Virus record (IMG/VR): IMGVR_UViG_3300022213_000004
Direction: 5' to 3' (one strand)
From: a virus
DNA length: 64,000 nt
This document shows positions 1-10,666 of the stretch, one piece after another (the stretch's first letter is position 1; each line of letters begins with the position of its first letter). The notes under the pieces are model-generated. The model saw only the letters and a program-made list of their open reading frames with translations. It had not been told where the DNA came from and ran no database searches. The position numbers and the translations under genes are program-made.

Positions 1-1
1 T

Positions 2-3000
2 GGTGCAGTATTAACTCCAGTAGTTTTAAATAATCAAATAGTTGATGTTAAAATTATTGAACCAGGTGCAGGATATTCTCCCAACAATACAAGAATAATC
101 GTTTTTCATCCGGGAAGTGGTGCAAAATTCGCTTCAAAAATTAAAACATGGACTGTAAATTTATTTGCAAAATATTTGAACACATTTACAGAAGATGATG
201 GATTTTTAAGTAGTGGATTAAACGATCAATATGAAATTCAATATTGCCATCTATACGCTCCAAGAAAATTAAGACAAATCTTATATTCTAGAGATCAATC
301 AGGAAAAATTTTATTTTCAAATCCAGACTTAAAGTTTTCCAGAAACAAAGAAATAAAATCAACGGATCATTCTCCAATAATTGGATGGTCTTATGATGGA
401 CATCCAATTTATGGTCCATATGGTTATTCCAAAAAATCTGGTGGCGTTGTTTCTCAAATAAAAAGTGGATATAACTTATTCATAGATCAAACTAGACCAT
501 CTGCAAAGTATTTTCAACCAGGATTCTTTGTTGAGGATTTTAAATACCAAAAATCAAATGACGAATCTGTATTGGATGAAAATAATGGAAGATTTTGTAT
601 AACTCCAGAATTTCCAAACGGAACTTATGCGTATTTTGCAACATTTGAAGAATCTTCAGTAGATTCTTCAGGACCATTTAAGAGATATTATAGACCAAAA
701 TTTCCTTACCTAATAGGAAATTTCTTTAATTCAAAACCAAATGATTTTAATTTTAAGAAAAAATCCAATCAAGATGATATAGATCTCAATAAAACTGATT
801 GGATTAGAAATACTTATGCTTATAATATAACAAAAACTAATTCTAGATATGAATATATAACTTTACCAAATAATTTAAACCAATCGATAGATATTGACGG
901 AGTTTCTCCTGGTTCAATTGATAGTATTGGAATATCTTCTGGGGGAAACAATTATAAAGTAAATGACAAATTAATATTTAATAACATAGATTCTGAGGGA
1001 AATCCTAGAACCTTAGGAAGTTCTGCATCGGCAGTTGTTTCTGAACTAGTCGGAAAATTTATTTCTACAGTGAGCACTGCAAGTACTCACTTTTATAGTG
1101 TTCCAATATATCCATCAAACAAAAAAGGAGAATATGTTTTATATAACAATTTTCCACACAATATTAACACTTATGATTTAGTTAAAATATCCGGATTAAA
1201 TACAACTTCAAATATAGTTGCTGGAAATTATATTGTAGGAGTTGCAACAAATAGATTAGTTTTAGTTGGTTTGGGAACTACAACGGTAGGAATTGCCTCT
1301 GCAAATGTAACTGGAATAGTTACTTACATATCGGTTAGAGGAAATTTAGATTTTCTAAGTATAAGGGAGAATGATATTTATAGCATTGATAGTGAAAAAG
1401 TAAAAATTTTAAATGTTGATAGAAAATCTTCAAGATTAAGAATATTGAGACAAATAGAGGGAACTCCTGGATTATCTCATAGTATTACAACACTTTTATA
1501 TGAAGATCCTAGAAAGTTATTTGTGAAAGTTTCTAAAGAAAATGACATAACAAATTATAGTTCATACTTAGAAAATAAACAAATTTATTTTAATCCAAAA
1601 GAATCTCTGGGAATAGGAACTAATGGTAATGTAGGGATAGGGACAACAATTTATTTTTCCAATCCTGGAGCTGGTGCAACACAAGTATTCATACCACTCA
1701 GAACGATTTATTTACCAGAACATGGATTAAACACCGGAGATTTATTAACTTACGAAGTTAATAATGGAAGTCCCATTGTTGTTTCATCTACAGGGATAGG
1801 AACTACATCTTTATCTAACAATTCATCTTTATACGTTGCAAAAATAAATGAGAATTTAATTGGTATTTCTACAGTACAAGTTGGTTTAGGGAGCACTGGA
1901 TTTTTCTCTGGCATAACAACATCCACAAAAAATATTGGATTACTATTTTTTACAGGAATAGGCACAGGAACTTATCATAGTTTCAAAACAAATTATCCAG
2001 AAATTAAATGCGATTTATCAAAACATGTTGTCACAGTTTCTACTGCACAAACTCATGGATTAACAACTGATGATGTTGTTAATGTAATGGTAAGTGCATC
2101 TTCTACAACTGTTATTGTAAAATATAATAACTTTAATAGAAGAATTGTAGTAAATCCTAGAGATTTTACTGGAGCAAATATAAGTACAGCAAATAGTACA
2201 ATTACTATTTTAAATCATGGATATATTAATGGGCAAAGAGTGATTTATACTTCAGATTCTCCTTCTGGGGGATTAGTCAGTAATCAAATGTATTATGTTG
2301 TTTCGATTAATAAGGATATTATTAAACTTTCAAATTCTTATTACGATTCTACTATTGAAAGGCCAAGTACTATTAATATTACAAGTTCATCGGATGGAAC
2401 TATATCACCAATAAATCCACCTATAGATCTTTATAAAAATTCTACAGTAACATTTGACTTATCTGATTCATCTCTATCATACGTTAATGCACTTAAAACA
2501 TACCCATCATTTAAGTTTGAATTGTATGTAGATGAACAATTTAGAAAAGTTTTTGACTCCGATCAAAGAGATAGTAGTTTTAATGTGCAAAGAAATGGAG
2601 TAGTTGGAACTCCTGGATCTGCGCTAACTTTAAAAATTGATGAATTTACGCCAAATATTTTATACTATGATTTAGTTCCATTAGATTCTAATGGTCTCTT
2701 CTTACCCGAAGCACAGAAAGAAATTGTAAAAGATGAAATTGTAAATTCTTACAATCAACTCAGAATAAGAAATAGCGTTTATAATGGCACTTATAAAATA
2801 AGAGTTTCTGATCCAAATTATTTCGAATATTTTCTTCCCACAACTCCAGAAGTCCAATCATATACATCTGAAATTTCTCCTACATCTACATTATCATCGT
2901 ATCTGAAATACACGACAGAATCTTTAACTGCATCAGGTGCAATTTCTAAGATAAAAATTGCAAATAAAGGAACAAATTATTATTCTTTACCAGGAATAAC

Positions 3001-6000
3001 TTCAGTAAGTTCTTTAAAGGGTAGCGGGTGTATATTAAATGCAGAAACTAATACAATTGGAAAAATTAAAAAAATAAAAATAGTAGATGGTGGATTTGAT
3101 TTCACCTCAGATAAAACTTTAAGACCATATGCAGAATTTCCAGAGAATATAAAAATTGATAATTTATTTTCCATTGACAATATTGGAATATCTTCCCAAG
3201 GAAGAGGATACACAACTGCACCGAAACTTCTAGTTTTGGATGGAAGAACTAAAAAAGTAATACCATCTGATTTGAGTTATAAACTTGGAGATAATAAAGT
3301 AACGATTAAAATCAATGCCAAAGGATTAACTGATTCTATCCCAACAATAATCCCAACACAAAATTCAAATGGTATAGGAATAACGGACATAACATATAAT
3401 CCAACTACTAAAGAAGCAAAAGTTTATTTGCCATTTTCTTTCAGCGATATTGGAAACTTCGATGCCAATACATATCCAATTAGAGTCGGTGATAAAGTTT
3501 TAATTGAAAATATTAGTGTGGGTGTAAATTCTACATCTAAGGGATTTAATTCTTCAAATTATGAATATTCTTTATTCGCAATAAAAAGTATAGACTTAAA
3601 TATTGGTGGTGTTAGCGCGGTAACTTATAGTTTGGATGGATATCTCTCAGATTCTGAATCTCCAGGCATATATGACCCAATCAATTCTTCGGGAAGAATA
3701 GTTCCAGAGAGAAATTTTCCTACATTTGTACCAACAATTAAACAAGATGAATATAAAAAAGGAGAAACCGTAAGATCTAACGGTTCTCTTGGAGTTGTTG
3801 AAAACTGGGATCCAATTACCAAATATTTAAAAATATCATCAAAAAGCGACTTTAAAATTGGTAGCATTATAGAAGGATTGTCTTCAAAAACAATAGGAAC
3901 TGCATCATCAATAGTCGATTTTAATTCTCATGCAAAAACTGATTTTTCAATTAAAGTACTTGGTGGATGGGAGTCTAATGCTGGATTTTTAAATGATAAT
4001 GCACAGAGAATTCAAGATAGTTTGTACTATCAGAATTTTTCATATTCATTAAAATCAAGAGTTGACTATGATACTTGGAATGATGCTGTCAGTGCTTTAA
4101 ATCATACTGTCGGATTTAAAAAATACTCAGATTTTCAAATGGAGTCCAAACTAGATAATGATTTTAGTAATTTGTTTGTGGGTCTTTCTACAGATACAAC
4201 TGCCACTGATGTTAAAGTAGAACTGATTAGTTATGGCGATTTAAATTGTGTGACGGATTTTGATTTGGGAAGAGAAAATTATTTGAATCTAAATTCAAAA
4301 ATTGCAAGTAATAAAATATATTTTGATAACATACCTCTTACTGATTATTATGAGGCGAGAGGAAATAGGGTTTTACTAATAGATGATATTAGTCCATATT
4401 TTAATAGTGGAGAAAGACCAGAAAAATACTCCAATGTTTACAAGTTTAATATTAACACAACTAGATCTTTAAAGTTTCTTTCATATATTAGAGATAAACA
4501 ATTTACTGGACAAAGGCAAGTAATGTTGACATCTCTTATTCATAACGATTCATACGGTGCCATAAACCAATATGGAAGGATTGAAACTGCATATGATTTG
4601 GGTTCTTTTGATTTTATAGTTGATCAACCATTTGGAATTGTTCGTTTTTATCCTACAAGGTATACTATTAATAATTATGATGTTGCTTTATTATCATACA
4701 ATTTAGACGATGCTTTTACTGGAGTTGGAACAACAACAATTGGTTCAATTGTTAAAGTAGATACAAGTAATATATCTTCAACTGCCTCTACAATAAATGT
4801 TGTTAGTTTGGCAACTTCATACACTTCGGCTAAAATTTTAGTACAGATATACAGAGACAGTTTAAATTATCAATTTAATGAGCTAAATGTAGTTCACACA
4901 GGAACTAATGCATCTATTGATTTTATTGAATATGGAGAATTATCAACAAAGACAAGGACTACAGAGTCATCTGGTTATGGCACATATTACCCATACATTT
5001 CTGGTGGAAATCTAAAAATAGACTTTATACCAAATGTTTCTGTTGGAAATACTTTCTATATAAACACTGCAAATGTTGCTCTTGGTGATACAAATTCATC
5101 AGGAATTGGGACAATTGAACTAGAATATGGAGAAATAAGAGCAAATAGTGTTTCTATACCAAGCTCTCCAACACCGACTGCATCAACCATTTTGAGTTTT
5201 ACTGGGGAGCATGATTGTGCATATTGTTTAGTTCAAGTTTCTGACATTACAAATAATCGCTGTTCCTTTTCCGAAGTTATTTTGATAGTTGATGATGTAA
5301 CTTCAGAACCTTTAATAACAGAATATGGCAATGTTCAGACTTTTGCTGGTCTTGGTACAATTGGCGCATCAGTAACTGGAATTGGATCGACAACTCAACT
5401 GTTATTTACTCCGTTACCTAATATTCAAGTTCAGGTAAAAGTATATGCAAATTTACTTGGTCTTGAAGGTAGCGATATAAAATCATATCAATTAAGTAAC
5501 CTAAATGTGAGTTCTCAATATGGTTCTTATAGTGGTACTGAGGTTGACCAAGTAAGAACATTCAATTTAACTCACAAAGGATATCCTCTTTTTGAAAGAT
5601 ATTTTTCAGCATCCGATTCTTCGATTGTAGATTTATCAAGAAATACCATAAAAATTCCATCTCATTTTTATTCAACTGGAGAAAAAATAACATATGATGC
5701 CAACTTTGGAAATCCAATAGGAATAGCGACAACTACTATTGCAGGAATAGGTTCTACAACCATACTTCCAAGCACATTATATGTTGTAAATTTAAACAAC
5801 AATAAAATTAGAGTTGCAGCTTCTGCTTCTGAAGCATTAAGACCAATCCCCAACGTATTAAATCTAACTTCACTTGGTAGTGGAACACAGCATAAATTTT
5901 TATCTCAGAATAAAAATTCTAGATTGGTAGTTGCTATTGATAATATTATTCAATCACCAATAGTGGCCACAGGATTAACTGCATCGTTGACATCTCCAGT

Positions 6001-9000
6001 ATTTTTAACTGATGAAAGTATTGAATTGGACAATTCAACATCTTTCTATGGTGGAGATTTAATAAAAATTAATGATGAGGTAATGCGAATCACTTCTATT
6101 CAAAAAAATAATGTAGTTAATGTAAGAAGATCTTGGATGGGAACGGATATTGCAAATCATTCTGGAGGTTCATTAGTCAATACTGTAGTTGGTTCTTATA
6201 ATATTGTTAATAATAATATTAGTTTTGCTGAAGCACCATACGGAAATGTTCCACAGACATACACAACAAGTCCTCCGGACGAACAAGACTGGGTTGGAAT
6301 ATCAACTGGTTCTAGTTTTTCCGGTAGATGTTTTATGAGGTCTGGAATACAAGATTCTTTAAATGACACTTATTCCAAAAATTACATTTTTGATGATATA
6401 GCAACAGGATTTAATGGAATAACTTCTACTTTTACACTAAAATCTTCACAATCAAATATTACAGGAATTTCTGAAGAAGGTGCCTTGATATTGATTAATG
6501 ATATAGTTCAAGCAAGAGGTTTATCCAGTGATTTAGAAAATGAAAGAAAAGGTATAAATTTCATTCTTTCAGAATCAAGTGGAATAACGTCTGCAACTTT
6601 CATCGGTTCAGCAACTTCAGTTTCTTATGATATAAATTCATCTGGATTGCCTAAGGGTGGTATTATAGTTTCTGTTGGGTCTACTGAAGGTCTTGGATAT
6701 CAACCTTTAGTTTCTGCCGGCGGTACTGCTATTGTTTCTTTAGCAGGAACAATTCAATCAATTTCTATAGGAAATACTGGTTCTGGATATAGAGCGAGTG
6801 CTTATTATGATATTCCTACAAACATTTCATCGGTTGTTGGAGTAGGTTCGACTGAAATTTTTATTGAAAATAAAAATAGCGTTTTTGGACTTCTAAATTT
6901 ACTTAATACAGGTTCAAATTGTTCTATTGGAGTTGGAACATTTATTTTTTCAACAAATATAGTGTCAGTTGGATCATCTTTTGTAAGGATTGGTTTCGGG
7001 AGCACTAGTTCCAATCAGATATCAGTTGGAACTCCAGTAAACATTAAGATTTCAAACCCACAAGTTGGAATAGTAAATGTGGGAATTTCTAGCACTTCCG
7101 CAGAAAATTCTACAAAAACTTATGTTGGATTTGCCACAATCATAAAAGGAAAAATTTCAGAATCTGTTACAATAACAAAAGTTGCTTCTGGATATACTTC
7201 ATCAAATCCACCTCAGGTTATAATTGACGATCCTTTATCATACTCAGATGTTCCTTTGATTTATAGTTCATCTTCAATTTCTGGAGTGGGAACAGCAGCT
7301 ACTATTGACATAGTTGTTGGACAAGGATCTAGCGTTATTGATTTTGAGATAAAGAACACTGGTTATAATTATAGAGCAGGTCAGACACTAACCGTTCCTA
7401 TTGGAGGACTAACTGGTATTCCAACAACGTCTTCATTCAAAGAGTTTCAAATATCGATACAAGAAGTTTTTAATGATAAATTTACAGGTTGGGCTTTTGG
7501 TGAACTTCAAATACTTGATGATATTTCAGACTTATTTGATGGCGAAAGAGTCGCATTCCCCCTCAAATATTTTGGAGAATTGATTTCAATTAGATCCGCT
7601 AGAGGATCTAACATTAATCCACAGGAATTATTGTTGGTCTTTATAAACGATGTTTTACAAGAACCAGGAAAAGGTTATACTTTTAGGGGAGGTAGCAACA
7701 TATTCTTCACAGAACCACCAAAACCACCAGTTCTTGAAATTCCAAATACTGGAGATTCTTGCAAAATACTATTCTATAAAGGCACTGCCTCCGTTGATGT
7801 CGTTTATAAAAATATAATAGAAACTGTCAAACCAGGAGATGGATTAACACTTGGATTTGATTCAACATTAAATCAATCTTACGGTCTTCAGGAAGATGAA
7901 AGAATTGTTGATGCAATTTTATCTTCAGATTTAGCATCAACAAATCCATACTATGGACCAGGAAACACTAAAGACGAAACATTAACAAGACCAATCACTT
8001 GGTGTAGACAAACTGAAGATAAAATTATTTATGAGCAAGAGGTTTCTAAAGATAGGATGTTATATGAACCAGTTATTAATCCATCGGCATATCTTATAAA
8101 ATCCGTTGGAATAGGTTCTACGATAGTTTTCGTTGACAATTTAAAACCAATCTTCAACCAGGTTAATGAAAATAAGTCACTAATTCCATCATTCCAAGAT
8201 GAATTTTTAAGTTTCCAAAAACAAATTACATTCATTCCACAAGAAACAAAAAGAGATGCATTTGCTACTGCTATTGTTTCTGTAGCAGGAACAATAAGTT
8301 CTATAGCAATTTCTACGGGAGGATTTGGATATCTTTCAGTTCCTGATGTAGTAATTCAAAATCCAATTGGATTTGGAACTACATGTAGAGCAGAAGCAAC
8401 TGCTTCTATTTCTTCCGGAATTGTTACATCAATAACAATAACAGGTCCAGGAACAGAATATTCCCAGGAGAATCCACCCGTTGTTTTAATTTCTCCACCA
8501 TCATTTGAGTCAGAAACCAATAATGTTGTTCAATATGAAGGAGATTTTGGAATTATTTCAGGAATTTCGACAACTTCTGTTGGAGTTGCTTCAACTGGCA
8601 TTATTTTTGATTTCGCCATAGAAAAAGATTCTATTCTTAGAGTTGTTGGTATTGCATCAACTTCAATAACTGGGGTAACTACAATTAGTGGAATACAAAC
8701 CGGATATTATTTTGCGGTGTATAATTCCAGAGTTGGTAACGGCGTAACTTCTCTAGATGAAAATCTACAAGTTATTGGTATAGGAACTACTGGATTAGAT
8801 AACATTTATAGAGTTGCAAGTGTTTCTTTAGCACAAACTGCAGTTCCTGGTCTTGGAGTAACTTATGTTGCTAGAGTTACTGTTAGTGTATCTGGATATA
8901 ATGGATTAAGTGGCATAGGATACAGTTCTTTATTCGCTGAATATAGTTGGGGGAAAATTACCTTAAAAACTAGAACAAAAGATAATGAGTACAACTCTTA

Positions 9001-9085
9001 TACAAAATCTGGTTTTTCTGGAATATCAACTGGAACTATGATAATGAGAACTAATCCTCTCAAATATTATAATTATGGTATATGA
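2..9085 (+). CDS. gp7: Giant baseplate wedge protein (gp7-like), 5'-truncated by window edge; contains YHYH-type segment
   Basis: Frame is open from position 2 (GAVLTPVVLNNQIVDVKIIEPGAGY...), so the TTG at 176 is not the true start. Motifs HSPIIGWSYDGHPIYGPYGY...LDENNGRFCITPEFPNGTYAYF and RIQDSLYYQNFSYSLKS...LNHTVGFKKY; lies directly upstream of gp8. Confidence 0.75.
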   Translation, partial: GAVLTPVVLNNQIVDVKIIEPGAGYSPNNTRIIVFHPGSGAKFASKIKTWTVNLFAKYLNTFTEDDGFLSSGLNDQYEIQYCHLYAPRKLRQILYSRDQSGKILFSNPDLKFSRNKEIKSTDHSPIIGWSYDGHPIYGPYGYSKKSGGVVSQIKSGYNLFIDQTRPSAKYFQPGFFVEDFKYQKSNDESVLDENNGRFCITPEFPNGTYAYFATFEESSVDSSGPFKRYYRPKFPYLIGNFFNSKPNDFNFKKKSNQDDIDLNKTDWIRNTYAYNITKTNSRYEYITLPNNLNQSIDIDGVSPGSIDSIGISSGGNNYKVNDKLIFNNIDSEGNPRTLGSSASAVVSELVGKFISTVSTASTHFYSVPIYPSNKKGEYVLYNNFPHNINTYDLVKISGLNTTSNIVAGNYIVGVATNRLVLVGLGTTTVGIASANVTGIVTYISVRGNLDFLSIRENDIYSIDSEKVKILNVDRKSSRLRILRQIEGTPGLSHSITTLLYEDPRKLFVKVSKENDITNYSSYLENKQIYFNPKESLGIGTNGNVGIGTTIYFSNPGAGATQVFIPLRTIYLPEHGLNTGDLLTYEVNNGSPIVVSSTGIGTTSLSNNSSLYVAKINENLIGISTVQVGLGSTGFFSGITTSTKNIGLLFFTGIGTGTYHSFKTNYPEIKCDLSKHVVTVSTAQTHGLTTDDVVNVMVSASSTTVIVKYNNFNRRIVVNPRDFTGANISTANSTITILNHGYINGQRVIYTSDSPSGGLVSNQMYYVVSINKDIIKLSNSYYDSTIERPSTINITSSSDGTISPINPPIDLYKNSTVTFDLSDSSLSYVNALKTYPSFKFELYVDEQFRKVFDSDQRDSSFNVQRNGVVGTPGSALTLKIDEFTPNILYYDLVPLDSNGLFLPEAQKEIVKDEIVNSYNQLRIRNSVYNGTYKIRVSDPNYFEYFLPTTPEVQSYTSEISPTSTLSSYLKYTTESLTASGAISKIKIANKGTNYYSLPGITSVSSLKGSGCILNAETNTIGKIKKIKIVDGGFDFTSDKTLRPYAEFPENIKIDNLFSIDNIGISSQGRGYTTAPKLLVLDGRTKKVIPSDLSYKLGDNKVTIKINAKGLTDSIPTIIPTQNSNGIGITDITYNPTTKEAKVYLPFSFSDIGNFDANTYPIRVGDKVLIENISVGVNSTSKGFNSSNYEYSLFAIKSIDLNIGGVSAVTYSLDGYLSDSESPGIYDPINSSGRIVPERNFPTFVPTIKQDEYKKGETVRSNGSLGVVENWDPITKYLKISSKSDFKIGSIIEGLSSKTIGTASSIVDFNSHAKTDFSIKVLGGWESNAGFLNDNAQRIQDSLYYQNFSYSLKSRVDYDTWNDAVSALNHTVGFKKYSDFQMESKLDNDFSNLFVGLSTDTTATDVKVELISYGDLNCVTDFDLGRENYLNLNSKIASNKIYFDNIPLTDYYEARGNRVLLIDDISPYFNSGERPEKYSNVYKFNINTTRSLKFLSYIRDKQFTGQRQVMLTSLIHNDSYGAINQYGRIETAYDLGSFDFIVDQPFGIVRFYPTRYTINNYDVALLSYNLDDAFTGVGTTTIGSIVKVDTSNISSTASTINVVSLATSYTSAKILVQIYRDSLNYQFNELNVVHTGTNASIDFIEYGELSTKTRTTESSGYGTYYPYISGGNLKIDFIPNVSVGNTFYINTANVALGDTNSSGIGTIELEYGEIRANSVSIPSSPTPTASTILSFTGEHDCAYCLVQVSDITNNRCSFSEVILIVDDVTSEPLITEYGNVQTFAGLGTIGASVTGIGSTTQLLFTPLPNIQVQVKVYANLLGLEGSDIKSYQLSNLNVSSQYGSYSGTEVDQVRTFNLTHKGYPLFERYFSASDSSIVDLSRNTIKIPSHFYSTGEKITYDANFGNPIGIATTTIAGIGSTTILPSTLYVVNLNNNKIRVAASASEALRPIPNVLNLTSLGSGTQHKFLSQNKNSRLVVAIDNIIQSPIVATGLTASLTSPVFLTDESIELDNSTSFYGGDLIKINDEVMRITSIQKNNVVNVRRSWMGTDIANHSGGSLVNTVVGSYNIVNNNISFAEAPYGNVPQTYTTSPPDEQDWVGISTGSSFSGRCFMRSGIQDSLNDTYSKNYIFDDIATGFNGITSTFTLKSSQSNITGISEEGALILINDIVQARGLSSDLENERKGINFILSESSGITSATFIGSATSVSYDINSSGLPKGGIIVSVGSTEGLGYQPLVSAGGTAIVSLAGTIQSISIGNTGSGYRASAYYDIPTNISSVVGVGSTEIFIENKNSVFGLLNLLNTGSNCSIGVGTFIFSTNIVSVGSSFVRIGFGSTSSNQISVGTPVNIKISNPQVGIVNVGISSTSAENSTKTYVGFATIIKGKISESVTITKVASGYTSSNPPQVIIDDPLSYSDVPLIYSSSSISGVGTAATIDIVVGQGSSVIDFEIKNTGYNYRAGQTLTVPIGGLTGIPTTSSFKEFQISIQEVFNDKFTGWAFGELQILDDISDLFDGERVAFPLKYFGELISIRSARGSNINPQELLLVFINDVLQEPGKGYTFRGGSNIFFTEPPKPPVLEIPNTGDSCKILFYKGTASVDVVYKNIIETVKPGDGLTLGFDSTLNQSYGLQEDERIVDAILSSDLASTNPYYGPGNTKDETLTRPITWCRQTEDKIIYEQEVSKDRMLYEPVINPSAYLIKSVGIGSTIVFVDNLKPIFNQVNENKSLIPSFQDEFLSFQKQITFIPQETKRDAFATAIVSVAGTISSIAISTGGFGYLSVPDVVIQNPIGFGTTCRAEATASISSGIVTSITITGPGTEYSQENPPVVLISPPSFESETNNVVQYEGDFGIISGISTTSVGVASTGIIFDFAIEKDSILRVVGIASTSITGVTTISGIQTGYYFAVYNSRVGNGVTSLDENLQVIGIGTTGLDNIYRVASVSLAQTAVPGLGVTYVARVTVSVSGYNGLSGIGYSSLFAEYSWGKITLKTRTKDNEYNSYTKSGFSGISTGTMIMRTNPLKYYNYGI

Positions 9086-9112
9086 TTAATAAATAAATAA
9101 AAAACCAAAAAA

Positions 9113-10660
9113 ATGGCTGCAATTGTAACTGACCAACTTAGAATATTAAATGCTAAAAATTTTGTAGAAAAAATTTCTTCTGAAAATAATTCATATTATT
9201 CATTTATTGGATTACCCAATCCTTATGATTATCAAACTAACTGGGATGAGTCACCACCTGTACCTAAAGATAATTTTACACAGGAAGATGACTATTGGGA
9301 TACAATGATTGCATTGAAAAAGATAAACTCAGAAGATGTTCGTCAAGTTGTTCCGAAAAGGGTTTGGACTTCCGGAACAACATATGACATGTATAGGCAC
9401 GATTATAGCAGAACAACTATAGCTCCAGTTTCTGGAGCAACAAATTTATATTCATCATCTTATTTTATTATTAATAGTGAGTATAGAGTTTATATTTGTT
9501 TGCAAAATAATTCAAATCCAGATACTCCGGGAGGAGGTCCTTCATTAGATGAACCCCTTTTTACTGATTTGGAACCAAGAGCAGCAGGTGACAGTGGAGA
9601 TGGATATATTTGGAAATATCTTTATACTATAAAACCTGCTGATGTTATAAAGTTTGAAACAACAGATTTTATTCCTGTTCCTAAAAATTGGGCAACATCT
9701 GCAGATTCTTCATTAATAAGGAATAATGCGATAGATGGTTCAATAAAAACTATAGTGATTAAAAATAGAGGAAGTGGGTTAGGTGAGGCAAATACATATC
9801 TCAATGTCCCTATTAAAGGAGATGGATCTGGATCAACATGTACTATTGTGGTAGATGAGAACGGCGAAGTGAGCACAGTAACAGTTTCAAATCAAGGTTC
9901 TGGATATACTTTTGGAAATGTTGACTTATCTGGCGGAAATTTCCCCACAGGCGATATAATACCAACCTTTGATGTGATTATTTCACCAAAAGGTGGACAT
10001 GGTTATGACATTTATAGAGAACTTGGTGCTTTTAATGTATTAATGTACTCTAGAATTGAAAATGATAATGAAAACCCGGATTTTATTACGGGAAATCAAA
10101 TTGCTAGAATTGGAATAGTAGAAAATCCAGAGGTAACTACAGGTACTATTTTAACTTTAGACAAAGCTAGTTCCGTTTATGCTATAAGATTGACCGGAAC
10201 TGGTTATAGTAGTTCAAATTTTGCTTACGATTCTTATGTAACACAGACTATATCTACTGGAACAACTGCTGTCGGTAGAGTTATTAGTTATAATTCAACA
10301 ACTGGTGTTTTAAAATATTGGCAAGATAGAAATTTATCCGGATTTAATACAGTAGGAACTGCACAAACTAATCCAACTTATGGATTTAATCTTAATAGAT
10401 TCACAAGTTCACCATCCACTGGAGGAAATTTAGTCATTAACGGAAATAGTGGTGGAACTTTATTTGTTGATACATCTTTTACCGGTATATCAACCACAAT
10501 AAATAATAGAATATATTATCTAGGGCAAACTTTTACAAATGGAATTTCCTCTCCAGAAGTAAAAAAATATTCCGGAAATATCATTTATGTTGATAATAGA
10601 CCGGCAATAACTAGATCATCAAACCAAAAAGAAGATATTAAAGTCATTTTGCAGTTTTAA
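9113..10660 (+). CDS. gp8: Baseplate wedge subunit gp8
   Basis: WTSGTTYDMYRHDYS, YRVYICLQN, DGYIWKYLYTI, C-terminal IIYVDNRPAITRSSNQKEDIKVILQF. Confidence 0.9.
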   Translation: MAAIVTDQLRILNAKNFVEKISSENNSYYSFIGLPNPYDYQTNWDESPPVPKDNFTQEDDYWDTMIALKKINSEDVRQVVPKRVWTSGTTYDMYRHDYSRTTIAPVSGATNLYSSSYFIINSEYRVYICLQNNSNPDTPGGGPSLDEPLFTDLEPRAAGDSGDGYIWKYLYTIKPADVIKFETTDFIPVPKNWATSADSSLIRNNAIDGSIKTIVIKNRGSGLGEANTYLNVPIKGDGSGSTCTIVVDENGEVSTVTVSNQGSGYTFGNVDLSGGNFPTGDIIPTFDVIISPKGGHGYDIYRELGAFNVLMYSRIENDNENPDFITGNQIARIGIVENPEVTTGTILTLDKASSVYAIRLTGTGYSSSNFAYDSYVTQTISTGTTAVGRVISYNSTTGVLKYWQDRNLSGFNTVGTAQTNPTYGFNLNRFTSSPSTGGNLVINGNSGGTLFVDTSFTGISTTINNRIYYLGQTFTNGISSPEVKKYSGNIIYVDNRPAITRSSNQKEDIKVILQF

Positions 10661-10666
10661 AGAATT